A DNA stretch of 32,000 nucleotides from Methanosphaera stadtmanae DSM 3091 (GTDB lineage: Archaea > Methanobacteriota > Methanobacteria > Methanobacteriales > Methanobacteriaceae). The notes beneath the pieces are model-generated. The model had not been told where the DNA came from. It saw only the letters and a list, made by a program, of their open reading frames with translations, and did no database searches. The DNA lies in the NCBI RefSeq assembly GCF_000012545.1, contig NC_007681.1:1470001-1502000 (forward strand). The letters run 5' to 3'. The translations under genes and the position numbers were made by a program. This document shows positions 19,191 to 28,660 of the stretch, one piece after another. How positions within the stretch are numbered: the first letter of the stretch is position 1; every line of letters starts with the position of its first letter.

Positions 19191-19925
19191 ATGCCAAAAA
19201 ATACACTCCATATAAAAAATATAGATATTCAAACAACACATATCATGTTAAAAACAGATATTAACTGTGATATTAAACCATTTATTCAAAACCAGAGAGA
19301 AATAATTTTAAATGAAATTAAAGAAAATCCCAATTTTCTAAAATCATATACCCCCATACCCCTAATTGATAAGAAACCTATACTCAAATTAATGACTAAA
19401 GCTGGTGAAATAGCAAATACTGGACCTATGGCTGCTGTTGCTGGAAGTATAAGTGAGATGTGTTTAGATTATCTTGAATCATTTAAAAGTAAATTTTCAA
19501 TAGTAGAAAATGGTGGAGATATTGCTCTTAAAACAAACAAAAAGATAAATATGGGTATTTATGCTGGAAAAACTAGTTTTTCATATAATTATGGTTTTAA
19601 AATAAAACCTAAACCTTATAAATACGGCATATGCACCTCCTCATATGATGGTCCTTCAAAAAGTTTTGGTAGTACTGATGCAACCATAGTATTTAGTAAA
19701 CAAAGTAGCATAGCTGATAGTCTTGCAACAAGTATTGGTAATTATGGAAATGGAAATACAGAAAATGAAGTTGTTCATAATGCTCTAAGTTATGCTGAAA
19801 AATACAGTGACTACTATGAGGGAGTTCTTGTTATAAAGGGAGAAACTCTTGGTAAAACTGGACATATTCCACAATTAATCTCAATTAACAACACACATGT
19901 AAAAGAAGCATTTGAAATAGAATAG
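19191..19925 (+). CDS. UPF0280-family protein (ApbE-like fold)
   Basis: GPMAAVAGSISEMCLDYL...ENGGDIAL...GICTSS motifs are typical of archaeal UPF0280. The track's start at 19182 is a GTG; the first ATG is at 19191. No clear RBS for either. Confidence 0.6.
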   Translation: MPKNTLHIKNIDIQTTHIMLKTDINCDIKPFIQNQREIILNEIKENPNFLKSYTPIPLIDKKPILKLMTKAGEIANTGPMAAVAGSISEMCLDYLESFKSKFSIVENGGDIALKTNKKINMGIYAGKTSFSYNYGFKIKPKPYKYGICTSSYDGPSKSFGSTDATIVFSKQSSIADSLATSIGNYGNGNTENEVVHNALSYAEKYSDYYEGVLVIKGETLGKTGHIPQLISINNTHVKEAFEIE

Positions 19926-19927
19926 AT

Positions 19928-21061
19928 TTATAGATTTTCAAGACATACCTCTTGAAGAACTTGAGCATCAGGATTATCTGGATAGATCACTAAAACCTTT
20001 CTAAAACATTTAATTGCATTGTTAAAATCATCCAATTCCATATATGCCACCCCTTTATTATTTAACACTATAGGATTGTTTTCATTTAGTTTTAATGCAT
20101 TATTATAACATTCAATTGCTTCTTCATATCTTTGCAGTCCAAGGAGTGTATTTCCTTTACTTGCCCAAGTATTTGAATCTTTATCATTATCTAAACATAA
20201 TTCCAATGATTTATCATAGGAATATAATGCTTCTTCACTTTTACCAAGCATATTCAATACTGTTGCCCGTTCATTCCATACATCAGCATCTGTATCATCT
20301 ATTTCTATAACCATGTCAAAGGAATTTAAGGCATTTTCAAAATCATTAAGCATTTCATAGATCAATCCTCTCCAATATAATACTGTTGTGTTATGCATAT
20401 TGATACTTAATGCTTTATCACTCATTTTAAGAGCCTTTTCCAAATCATGTTTATTTAGGTATGCTATTGCTATGTTATTATAGAGATATTCATTGTCTGG
20501 TTCTAATTTTATTGCTTTTTTATAATGATTTATAGCATCCCCAAATTGTCCCAGACGTGAGAGTGTATCACCAATTCTATTTAGTAATTTTACATCATCA
20601 TGATCATATTCTAATGCCGCCTTGTAACAGATTGATGATTGTTTATACTTACCCATCTCAAATAATACATCTGCCTTTTTAATAATCATGTTTTTTTGAT
20701 TAATTGCTGAACCTTCCCATTGTGTTACATGTAACTTACGAAATTCAAATACTTGAAACTTATCTTTACCACTTGTATTGTTGGGATATGTTTTTTTAAG
20801 ATCTTTCTCCATTTCCTTCGAATTTTTATATCCTAACTTAGTAGGCAGTGTTGCATCTTCTATTATTTGATTAAATGTCAGTATCTCCACCCTTGTAACT
20901 TCAGCTTCAAATAATTTTTCCCGTTCTTTAGATAGGATATTCCAGTAACAATATAACCTATCACCCCTATATAATGGTTGTTTCCACAAACGTCTAATTG
21001 TAACATTGCGTTTTCCACTAATCAAATCAATATCTCTATTTCCTAGTAATAAAATTGGCAT
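19928..21061 (-). CDS. Fusion protein: N-terminal ASCH/PUA-like domain plus C-terminal TPR repeats
   Basis: The first ~115 aa (DLISGKRNVTIRRLWKQPLYRGDRLYCYW...FQVFEFRKL) resemble an ASCH beta-barrel; this part is tentative. The remainder has about 7 clear TPR units (e.g. AINHYKKAIKLEPDNEYLYNNIAIAY, AIECYNNALKLNENNPIVLNNKGVAY). Confidence 0.7.
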   Translation of the reverse strand: MPILLLGNRDIDLISGKRNVTIRRLWKQPLYRGDRLYCYWNILSKEREKLFEAEVTRVEILTFNQIIEDATLPTKLGYKNSKEMEKDLKKTYPNNTSGKDKFQVFEFRKLHVTQWEGSAINQKNMIIKKADVLFEMGKYKQSSICYKAALEYDHDDVKLLNRIGDTLSRLGQFGDAINHYKKAIKLEPDNEYLYNNIAIAYLNKHDLEKALKMSDKALSINMHNTTVLYWRGLIYEMLNDFENALNSFDMVIEIDDTDADVWNERATVLNMLGKSEEALYSYDKSLELCLDNDKDSNTWASKGNTLLGLQRYEEAIECYNNALKLNENNPIVLNNKGVAYMELDDFNNAIKCFRKVLVIYPDNPDAQVLQEVCLENL

Positions 21062-21066
21062 GGTTT

Positions 21067-21783
21067 TTACTCTTTTTTAATTGTTTGATTTCCAAATTGG
21101 TTAGATTTAAGATGAATTTCAGGTATTGTTGTATCTAGAGAATTTATAATTTCTACAAGATCCTCTGGATTTGGTTCTTCATATGTTGAAAGACTTATAT
21201 CATATGTTACTCTGTTTCTAAATTGTTGTAATGTATATATATTACATCTAAGATTTCTTGTTAATTCTTGAATATCTTCTGGTTTTAACAAATTTGGAAC
21301 ATATGTTGTACGACATTCTAAAAATACATTGTGATTTAATATTATGTCAATTGATTTGTTAATACTTTCCTTAACATTATTTGGATACACATCACTAATT
21401 TTATAATATTTATCTAATGGTGCTTTAATATCTATTGCTACATAATCAAGGTCATCTATAATTTGGTTTAAATTTTCAGGATGCAATCCATTTGTATCTA
21501 ATTTAATTAATAAATCAAATTCTTTAGCTTTTTGAATATAATGTTTTACTACATCTATATGTAGTAATGCTTCACCACCACTTATTACTATAGCATCAAT
21601 AAAATCAACATTTTTATCTATTTCTTCTTCAACCTCTTCTATATCCCACCGTGATAATGATTCATTCTTTAATAATTGAGGATTGTGACAATATTTACAT
21701 CTTAGGTCACATCCCGGTATAAATAAAACTAATGCCATTTTACCTGGATAATCTAGTGAAGAATAAGTTGGTTGTATATTCAA
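21067..21783 (-). CDS. Radical SAM activating enzyme (anaerobic ribonucleotide reductase activase NrdG-like family)
   Basis: LFIPGCDLRCKYCHNP carries the CxxxCxxC cluster motif. VISGGEALL, the ~238 aa length and the overall layout fit glycyl-radical activase-like proteins. Confidence 0.8.
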   Translation of the reverse strand: MNIQPTYSSLDYPGKMALVLFIPGCDLRCKYCHNPQLLKNESLSRWDIEEVEEEIDKNVDFIDAIVISGGEALLHIDVVKHYIQKAKEFDLLIKLDTNGLHPENLNQIIDDLDYVAIDIKAPLDKYYKISDVYPNNVKESINKSIDIILNHNVFLECRTTYVPNLLKPEDIQELTRNLRCNIYTLQQFRNRVTYDISLSTYEEPNPEDLVEIINSLDTTIPEIHLKSNQFGNQTIKKE

Positions 21784-21978
21784 TTAAATCACTCAAATTC
21801 TAAATAAGTATTTTTTTCTAATATAATAATAAATTGTTTCATAGTAATATAATAAGTTTATTTATAAATTAATTTATTAAAAAAAATAAATGTTTAAATA
21901 AAAAATATATATAATAAATAAAGAATATTTTTAGTTATATTAATTAAATTTAAAATATGGAAAAAATATGTGATAATT

Positions 21979-22446
21979 ATGGCTAATAAAACTAAAATTT
22001 ATGACGGTGCACATGTAGTTGATGATGTAACATTAGGTGATAAAGTATCAGTATGGTATAATGCTGTTGTAAGAGGAGATCTTGAACCTGTAACTGTTGG
22101 TGAAAGATCAAATATTCAAGAAAATAGCGTTGTACATGTAAGTACTAATTATCCAGTTAAAATTGGTAAAAATGTATCTATTGGACATAATGCAATTATA
22201 CATGGTTGTACTATTGAAGACAATGTTTTAATAGGAATGGGTGCTATTGTATTAAATGGTGCACATATTACTAAGAATTGTTTAGTTGGAGCAGGTGCAC
22301 TTGTAACTGAAAATAAAACTTTTCCCGAAGGATCACTTATCATTGGATCACCTGCAAAAGCTGTACGCGAATTAACTAAAGAAGAAATTAAAGAAATTAC
22401 TGAAAATGCTGATGAATACGTTGAATTAGCATTTGAAAAAGAATAA
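21979..22446 (+). CDS. Gamma-class carbonic anhydrase-like / left-handed beta-helix (hexapeptide repeat) protein
   Basis: SVWYNAVVRGD, NIQENSVVH, IGHNAIIHGCTIEDNVLIGMGAIVLNGAHI and GSPAK, the canonical gamma-CA/YrdA pattern. The track's start at 21970 is a GTG; the ATG is at 21979. Confidence 0.8.
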   Translation: MANKTKIYDGAHVVDDVTLGDKVSVWYNAVVRGDLEPVTVGERSNIQENSVVHVSTNYPVKIGKNVSIGHNAIIHGCTIEDNVLIGMGAIVLNGAHITKNCLVGAGALVTENKTFPEGSLIIGSPAKAVRELTKEEIKEITENADEYVELAFEKE

Positions 22447-22458
22447 AAAAGGGATTAT

Positions 22459-23562
22459 ATGGTAAAAACAAGAGCAATATTAGAGGAATACAAAACTTAC
22501 GTTCCAGGTAGATCTAAAAAGGAAATTGCTGAAGAATATGGTGTTGCTGAAGAAAGTATTATTAAACTTGGATCTAATGAAAATCCATGGGGACCTTCAC
22601 CTAAAGCAAAACAAGCAATTATTGATTCTATTGATGAAATAAATAGATACCCTGAATCTAATCATGAATATATTAAAGAACAAATTGCTAAATATGCTAA
22701 TGTAACAAAAGATCAAGTTATTATTGGTGGAGATGGAGCTGATGAATTATTTGAAGTATTAGCAAAAACTGTTATTGATGAAGGTGATGAATTTATAGTA
22801 CATCAACCTACATATACATATTATGAATATACCTTCAAACAATCTAATGCTAAAGCTGTTTATGCTACATGGAATATTGAAGAAAATAAATTAGATGTGG
22901 ACTCTGTCCTTAATAACATTACAGATAAAACAAAAGTAATTTTCTTATGTACTCCAAACAATCCTACAGGAGGACTTATTCCACAAGAAGATATTGTTAG
23001 AATTATTGAAGCTACAGATGCTCTTGTTGTAATAGATGAAGCATATTGGGAATTTTCTGAAGTTAATAATGTGAACTTACTTAAAAAATACAATAACATA
23101 TTCATAATAAGAACCTTCTCTAAAGTAATGGGTCTTGCAGGTTTAAGAATTGGATATGGTCTTTCAAATCCAGATTTTATAGAAAAAATGTCAAGAATAA
23201 AACCAGTATTTAGTGTAACAGTTCCTTCTCAAAAAGCTGTTATTGCAACATTAAATGATGAAGAATTTATTAAAGAATCCACAGAAAAAGCAATTACTGA
23301 GAGAGAATACTTGTATGAAAGTGTTAATAGTATAGATAACATTCATATTTATAAATCCAAATCTAATTATTTGTTAATGGATGTTCGAAAAACAGGATAC
23401 ACAGCAGCAGAATTAACTTCAAAGTTAATGTCTAGGGGTGTAATTGTACGTGACTGTACAAGTTTTGTTGGTCTTGATGAATATTATATTCGCATTAGTG
23501 TTGAAACACATCCAAAAAATGAAAAATTTATTGAAATATTAAAAGAAATAGTAGAAAATTAA
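22459..23562 (+). CDS. hisC: Histidinol-phosphate aminotransferase
   Basis: KLGSNENPWGPSP, NRYPE, LCTPNNPTG, VVIDEAYWEF, and RTFSKVMGLAGLRIGY with the PLP lysine. Confidence 0.85.
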   Translation: MVKTRAILEEYKTYVPGRSKKEIAEEYGVAEESIIKLGSNENPWGPSPKAKQAIIDSIDEINRYPESNHEYIKEQIAKYANVTKDQVIIGGDGADELFEVLAKTVIDEGDEFIVHQPTYTYYEYTFKQSNAKAVYATWNIEENKLDVDSVLNNITDKTKVIFLCTPNNPTGGLIPQEDIVRIIEATDALVVIDEAYWEFSEVNNVNLLKKYNNIFIIRTFSKVMGLAGLRIGYGLSNPDFIEKMSRIKPVFSVTVPSQKAVIATLNDEEFIKESTEKAITEREYLYESVNSIDNIHIYKSKSNYLLMDVRKTGYTAAELTSKLMSRGVIVRDCTSFVGLDEYYIRISVETHPKNEKFIEILKEIVEN

Positions 23563-23591
23563 AATATTTCTATTATTTTTTCATTATCTAA

Positions 23592-23600
23592 TTTTTTTTT
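23592..23600 (+). terminator. T9 tract terminating hisC, overlapping the stop codon of convergent pdaD
   Basis: T9 at 23592-23600, preceded by T6 at 23576-23581. Only 36 nt separate the two stop codons. Confidence 0.45.
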
Positions 23601-24054
23601 AGTGTCTTATAGGATCATGATATATCAAAGCAGCAACTACACTTGCCTTATCTATTACTTTATGTGTTTGAATTACTTCCCTATAATCAATTATTTCAAG
23701 GCCCCTTTTTTCTATCATATACTCTGCCATGAATTTTGCTTCTTCTTTTAGTTGTTTAAGTGTTCTGTTAATCCCAGATGTTTCAATTACACAACCCATC
23801 TCTTCTGCTTGAGCAAATGCTATTACTGCAGATATTTCATCCCCTGGATTATCTGAATATTGATGAGATAATACACAGTTTGTCATTTCTCCTGGTTTTA
23901 ATTTAGGCATTGGTATTACTTGAGTATTTGGTGGTAGCATACTTGATACTGGAATTAAATTAACATTACCTATATCTGCATCAAGAAGTGCATTGTCAAA
24001 TGCATTTAGTTTTGTTGGTCCTTCTGATGCACCTTTTGTTAGTGATACTTTCAT
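23599..24054 (-). CDS. pdaD: Pyruvoyl-dependent arginine decarboxylase
   Basis: 151 aa. GASEGPTKLNAFDNALLDADIGNVNLIPVSSMLPP contains the Ser-Ser self-cleavage site typical of PdaD. GGAGGAAA RBS upstream. Confidence 0.85.
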   Translation of the reverse strand: MKVSLTKGASEGPTKLNAFDNALLDADIGNVNLIPVSSMLPPNTQVIPMPKLKPGEMTNCVLSHQYSDNPGDEISAVIAFAQAEEMGCVIETSGINRTLKQLKEEAKFMAEYMIEKRGLEIIDYREVIQTHKVIDKASVVAALIYHDPIRH

Positions 24055-24352
24055 GTTTTAGATTTCCTCCTAGGACTTGTTATATTATTATGTTTAAATT
24101 ATCTTTTAAAAAGGTATTCTATTTCATATATGTTATATGAAAGATTCTTTTAATTACATTTAGTTATAAAAATCAAAAAGTATATAAGCCTACTTTTATA
24201 TATAAAAAATATGTAAATCATGAAAAAGCTACTAAAAAAACAAAAGAAAGAATAAATAAAAGCTTAAGAAGATTATAAAAAATAAAATAAAAGTTAATTA
24301 TTATAATGAAGATTAATTTTATTAATTCATAAAAAACAAAAGGAGTAAAAAC

Positions 24353-26830
24353 ATGACCCAAGAGATGGAAAATGAAAACCTATCATTTACACAACAACTG
24401 AGAAAAGATGGATTCATAAAAGATATAGACACCAATCCCACATGTTTTGATGATACTGATAGCCAAAATCAATTACCAATAATTTTCATACCAAATACAA
24501 TACTCTTACCACATACAGATATAACACTTAACCTTGACAAACAACACACAGACAACCTACTACACACAGTAGATGATAATAATCATGGAATTATATTAAC
24601 ACCAAAAAAATTAGAAGAAGGAAATGGAAATGTAGAATTCTATGATGTGGGGGTAATTCTAGAAATAAAAAGTTTAACAGAAGACAAAGAAAATGAATTA
24701 CTACCAGAAGAATATGTACTTGAATTAAAAGTTAAAGATAAAGTATATGTTAATAAAATCCTTAAAAAAGATGGATTCTTCCATGCTCAATATAAAATAC
24801 TTCCAGAAGAAAATACTCTAACAGAAGATGAAATAACAGAATTAAACAAAAACATAGATGAAACAGTACTTGAAATAGCAAAATTCCTACCAAATACAGA
24901 TAAATATACAAGAAAAATACTTGGAAAACTAGATACACAAGATAAACTTGCAGAAGTATTTCCATTTCTAAAAGTTCCAATTAATAAAAAACAAGAACTA
25001 CTTGAGTTAGATTCTGTTAAAATAAGAGCTCTTAAAGTTATACAACTACTTCTTGAACAAAAAGATGCAATAGGCATACAAATGGAACTTGCTAAAAAAC
25101 TTAACAAAAAAATGAATGAAACACATAAAAACACTCTCTTGAGAGAACAAATGAAGTTGATTCAAGAAGAACTTAACATGACAGATGATACTCCAGCACA
25201 TAAAACCTACAGAGAACGTATAAAAGATGCCCAACTTCCAAAAGAAGTTGAAGAAGCTGCACTTGAGGAAGTAACAAAATTAGAAAGACAAGGACAAAAC
25301 AATGCAGAAGAAAATATAATAAGAAACTATCTTGATACCATACTTCAACTACCATGGCATAAAGAAGAAAATCCTACAATTGACATAGTAAAAGCTAAAA
25401 AACAATTAAATGATGATCATTATGGATTAAAAAAGGTAAAAACTAGAATTATACAACATTTAACTGTTCTTAAAATGAAAAAAGACAAACAAGGATCTAT
25501 TCTACTATTTGTTGGACCACCAGGAACTGGAAAAACAAGTCTTGGAAAAAGTATTGCGGCAGCACTTGAGAGACCATATGTAAGAGTAAGTCTAGGTGGA
25601 GTAAATGATGAATCTGAAATTAGAGGACATAGAAGAACGTATCTTGGAGCTCTACCTGGACGTATAATCAATGGAATGAAAAAAGCTGGAAAAACAAATC
25701 CAGTATTTGTTCTTGATGAAATTGATAAAATGACTGAATCTCTTAATGGAAATCCAACTAGTGCACTACTTGAAGTTCTAGATCCTGAACAGAATGATTC
25801 ATTCTCAGACAACTACCTTGAAGTACCATATGATCTATCAGACGTATTCTTTATAGGAACTGCTAATTCATTACAAGACATACCAGGACCACTAAGAGAT
25901 AGACTAGAAATAATTGAATTAGATAGTTATACAAACACTGAAAAACATCATATTGCAGATGAACACTTAATTAAAGAAGTTCTCCTAGAACATGGCCTAA
26001 CAGAGGACGATCTTAAAATAACATACGATGCTATTGATTGTTTAATTGAAAAATACACACGAGAATCTGGTGTAAGAGGTCTTAAAAGAGAAATTGCAGC
26101 AATTGCAAGATATGTTACTGAAAAGATTGTTGTTGATAATGTTGAAAGACCCTATGTTGTAGATGAAAACATGCTCTATGACATATTAGGTCATGAAAAA
26201 TCACATTATGATAAAGTTCCAGATAGTAATCCACCAGGTGTTGTTACAGGTCTTGCATGGACACCTATAGGTGGAGACATATTATTTATAGAAGCTGTAC
26301 TCTTACCTGGAGAGGAAAAATTAAAATTAACAGGACAACTTGGTGATGTTATGAAAGAATCTGCACAGATTGCACAAAGTTTAATAAAATCAAGACTTGC
26401 AACTGTACTTAAAGATTCAGATATTGAAAAAAGAGATATTCACATCCATGTACCTGCAGGATCAATACCCAAAGATGGTCCATCTGCAGGAGTAACACTA
26501 CTTACAACAATAGCATCCCTTGTAACAAATACTCCTGTTGATTCCACACTAGCTATGACTGGTGAAATTTCATTAAGAGGAAAAGTTCTACCTGTAGGTG
26601 GAATAAAAGAAAAGGTAATAGCTGCACATAGATCTGGTATAAAAACAGTTTTACTTCCAGAAGAAAATATGAAGGATCTTGATGATGTACCATGTGAAGT
26701 TAAAGATGATATGACATTCAAACCAATGAAAACTGTTGATGAAGTATTATATGAAGCTCTTGGACTAAAATTACCTGAAAATAAACCTTTAAATATTTCC
26801 ATTGATGAAATAAATAAAGTAACACCCTAA
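24353..26830 (+). CDS. lon: ATP-dependent Lon protease, LonA (bacterial) architecture
   Basis: 825 aa. An N-domain of about 390 aa (LPIIFIPNTILLPHTDITLNL) precedes Walker A GPPGTGKTS (25514-25540) and Walker B VFVLDEIDK. The protease domain has PKDGPSAGVT (Ser codon 26483-26485) and GGIKEKVIAAHRSG (Lys). No hydrophobic insertion in the AAA+ module. AAGGAG RBS 7 nt upstream. Confidence 0.9.
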   Translation: MTQEMENENLSFTQQLRKDGFIKDIDTNPTCFDDTDSQNQLPIIFIPNTILLPHTDITLNLDKQHTDNLLHTVDDNNHGIILTPKKLEEGNGNVEFYDVGVILEIKSLTEDKENELLPEEYVLELKVKDKVYVNKILKKDGFFHAQYKILPEENTLTEDEITELNKNIDETVLEIAKFLPNTDKYTRKILGKLDTQDKLAEVFPFLKVPINKKQELLELDSVKIRALKVIQLLLEQKDAIGIQMELAKKLNKKMNETHKNTLLREQMKLIQEELNMTDDTPAHKTYRERIKDAQLPKEVEEAALEEVTKLERQGQNNAEENIIRNYLDTILQLPWHKEENPTIDIVKAKKQLNDDHYGLKKVKTRIIQHLTVLKMKKDKQGSILLFVGPPGTGKTSLGKSIAAALERPYVRVSLGGVNDESEIRGHRRTYLGALPGRIINGMKKAGKTNPVFVLDEIDKMTESLNGNPTSALLEVLDPEQNDSFSDNYLEVPYDLSDVFFIGTANSLQDIPGPLRDRLEIIELDSYTNTEKHHIADEHLIKEVLLEHGLTEDDLKITYDAIDCLIEKYTRESGVRGLKREIAAIARYVTEKIVVDNVERPYVVDENMLYDILGHEKSHYDKVPDSNPPGVVTGLAWTPIGGDILFIEAVLLPGEEKLKLTGQLGDVMKESAQIAQSLIKSRLATVLKDSDIEKRDIHIHVPAGSIPKDGPSAGVTLLTTIASLVTNTPVDSTLAMTGEISLRGKVLPVGGIKEKVIAAHRSGIKTVLLPEENMKDLDDVPCEVKDDMTFKPMKTVDEVLYEALGLKLPENKPLNISIDEINKVTP

Positions 26831-26838
26831 TCCCCTTA

Positions 26839-26846
26839 TTTTTTTT
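26839..26846 (+). terminator. T8 tract after lon
   Basis: ccccttattttttttaatt begins 1 nt after the TAA stop. Confidence 0.5.
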
Positions 26847-26959
26847 AATTAAATAATTTCCAATTAGAAAAATCTTTTTTTGATAATATATGCTAATTTT
26901 ATAATAAATTAATTACAATATATTATATAACAATATAATGAGAATTTTGAAGTGGAAAA

Positions 26960-27790
26960 ATGAATGATAATGAAATAAATTTTTGGCTAGACTTATTCGA
27001 AGATATGACAAATAAAGTGGAAGATGCAATAAATACTGCCAGAAACGATCCCCAAATAAGAACAATAACAAAGATAGGAGCAGATGGAACACCAACCCAT
27101 AAAATTGATGAATATGCTGAAGATATGGCTATTGATATTCTTAAAAAGAGTGGAAAATCATTGATTGTTATTAGTGAAGAAAGTGGAACTATTAAAATAG
27201 GTGATAATCCAGAAGCAATTATTATAATGGATCCTTTAGATGGTACAAGTAATGCCTTAAAAAACATACCATGTTATGGTATTTCTCTAGCATTAGCTAA
27301 AATTAATTCTGGAGAGGATTTAGAAAAAATTACACTGGAAGATATAGAAATAGGTTATGTTAAAAACTTCCCTATTGGTGATGTATACATGGCTGTAAAA
27401 GGTCATGGAGCTACAAAAAATGATAAACCAATGAAGATTTCAGAGATTACAAAAGCATCTGAATCAACAGTGAGCACTTATGTTTATAGAGCTAAGAAAA
27501 ATAGTCTTAGTAAGTTATGTTCATCAGTTAGACGTATGCGTTTAATGGGTGCTATTGCAATAGAATTATGTTATGTTGCCGATGGAACATACGATGTATT
27601 CCTAGATATTGGCCAGGTAAGAGTTCTTGATATTGCTGCAGCACAATTAATAATAAAAGAAAATAATGGTATTGTAACCAATGCAAAAACAGGAAATATA
27701 AATAATCAATTGAATTTAAAAGAAAAAACATCGATAATAGCAGCAGCAAATGAGAAAATACATGAAGATATTATTAAATTGTTAGAATAA
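26960..27790 (+). CDS. Inositol monophosphatase / fructose-1,6-bisphosphatase family protein (probable NADP phosphatase partner of NadK)
   Basis: ISEESG, MDPLDGTSN and VLDIAAAQLII are the IMPase metal-binding motifs. Located directly upstream of the NAD kinase gene. Confidence 0.8.
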   Translation: MNDNEINFWLDLFEDMTNKVEDAINTARNDPQIRTITKIGADGTPTHKIDEYAEDMAIDILKKSGKSLIVISEESGTIKIGDNPEAIIIMDPLDGTSNALKNIPCYGISLALAKINSGEDLEKITLEDIEIGYVKNFPIGDVYMAVKGHGATKNDKPMKISEITKASESTVSTYVYRAKKNSLSKLCSSVRRMRLMGAIAIELCYVADGTYDVFLDIGQVRVLDIAAAQLIIKENNGIVTNAKTGNINNQLNLKEKTSIIAAANEKIHEDIIKLLE

Positions 27791-27803
27791 GTTTGTGATT
27801 TAT

Positions 27804-28631
27804 ATGAGAATTGGAATTATCTCACGTACTGATAAAGAAGAAGCTATAGAACTTGATGATACTATTATAAAATATTTATTTGAAAATAATATTGAAGTTG
27901 AATTAGATTCACAACTAACTAAAAAACTTCCACAATACTCAGAAAATAGTGTAGATATTACAAAGATGAATGCTGATATTGTATTATGTGTTGGTGGTGA
28001 TGGAACAGTCCTACATGCTCAACGTTATCTATCTCCAAAGAAAATACCAATACTTAGTATTAATATGGGAACTGTGGGTTTTTTAACTGAAGTTGATCCT
28101 GAGGACATATTTGAATGTCTTGATAAATTATTAAGTTATGATTTCTTTATAGAAGAAAGATTACAATTAGATGTTCTAATTGATTCACAATGGCATACTG
28201 TTTTAAATGAATTGGTGTTAATGACAAGTCAACCTGCTAAAATGTTAGATTTACGTGTTTCTGTGGATGAAGAAATTGTAGATGAAGTTCGTGCTGATGG
28301 CTTAATTATATCCACACCCAGTGGATCTACTGCTTATGCTATGTCTGCGGGAGGACCAATTGTTGATCCTAGGGTTGATGCAGCAATTATCATACCAATA
28401 TGTCCATTTAAATTAAATACTAGGCCAAAAATAGTTCCAGCAGATAGTATCATCACAGTTAAATTCTTAAAAGAAGGTAAAAAAGGAGTTGCTGTTCTTG
28501 ATGGTATTGTAAATAAGGAATTTGACTATTTAGGAGAAATTAAACTTAAAAAATCCGAAAATTCAGCATATTTTGTTAGATTTAAAAAGAATTTCTATAA
28601 TAGTGTAAATAATAAATTAATTGTAGGTTAA
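27804..28631 (+). CDS. nadK: NAD kinase
   Basis: VGGDGTVLHA, NMGTVGFLTE and ADGLIISTPSGSTAYAMSAGGPIV. The track's start at 27795 is a GTG; the ATG is at 27804. Confidence 0.9.
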   Translation: MRIGIISRTDKEEAIELDDTIIKYLFENNIEVELDSQLTKKLPQYSENSVDITKMNADIVLCVGGDGTVLHAQRYLSPKKIPILSINMGTVGFLTEVDPEDIFECLDKLLSYDFFIEERLQLDVLIDSQWHTVLNELVLMTSQPAKMLDLRVSVDEEIVDEVRADGLIISTPSGSTAYAMSAGGPIVDPRVDAAIIIPICPFKLNTRPKIVPADSIITVKFLKEGKKGVAVLDGIVNKEFDYLGEIKLKKSENSAYFVRFKKNFYNSVNNKLIVG

Positions 28632-28660
28632 CTACAATTTTCTCTTTTTTAGGTGTTGAT

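Noticed and set aside
24762-25812. Multiple 60-130 aa ORFs antisense to or out of frame with lon. Similar shadow ORFs occur at 1938-2399, 3624-3899, 4146-4751, 10822-11583, 13197-13490, 14631-15103, 15728-16807, 17456-18018, 20095-20310, 22149-22343, 22860-23105, 26440-27267, 27552-27749, 30242-30520, 30878-31168 and 31345-31647.
   Set aside because: All lie entirely within confidently identified genes on the other strand or frame. Their translations are low-complexity (Leu/Phe/Ser/Ile-rich) with no recognisable motifs. Stop-poor antisense frames are expected opposite A-rich coding strands.
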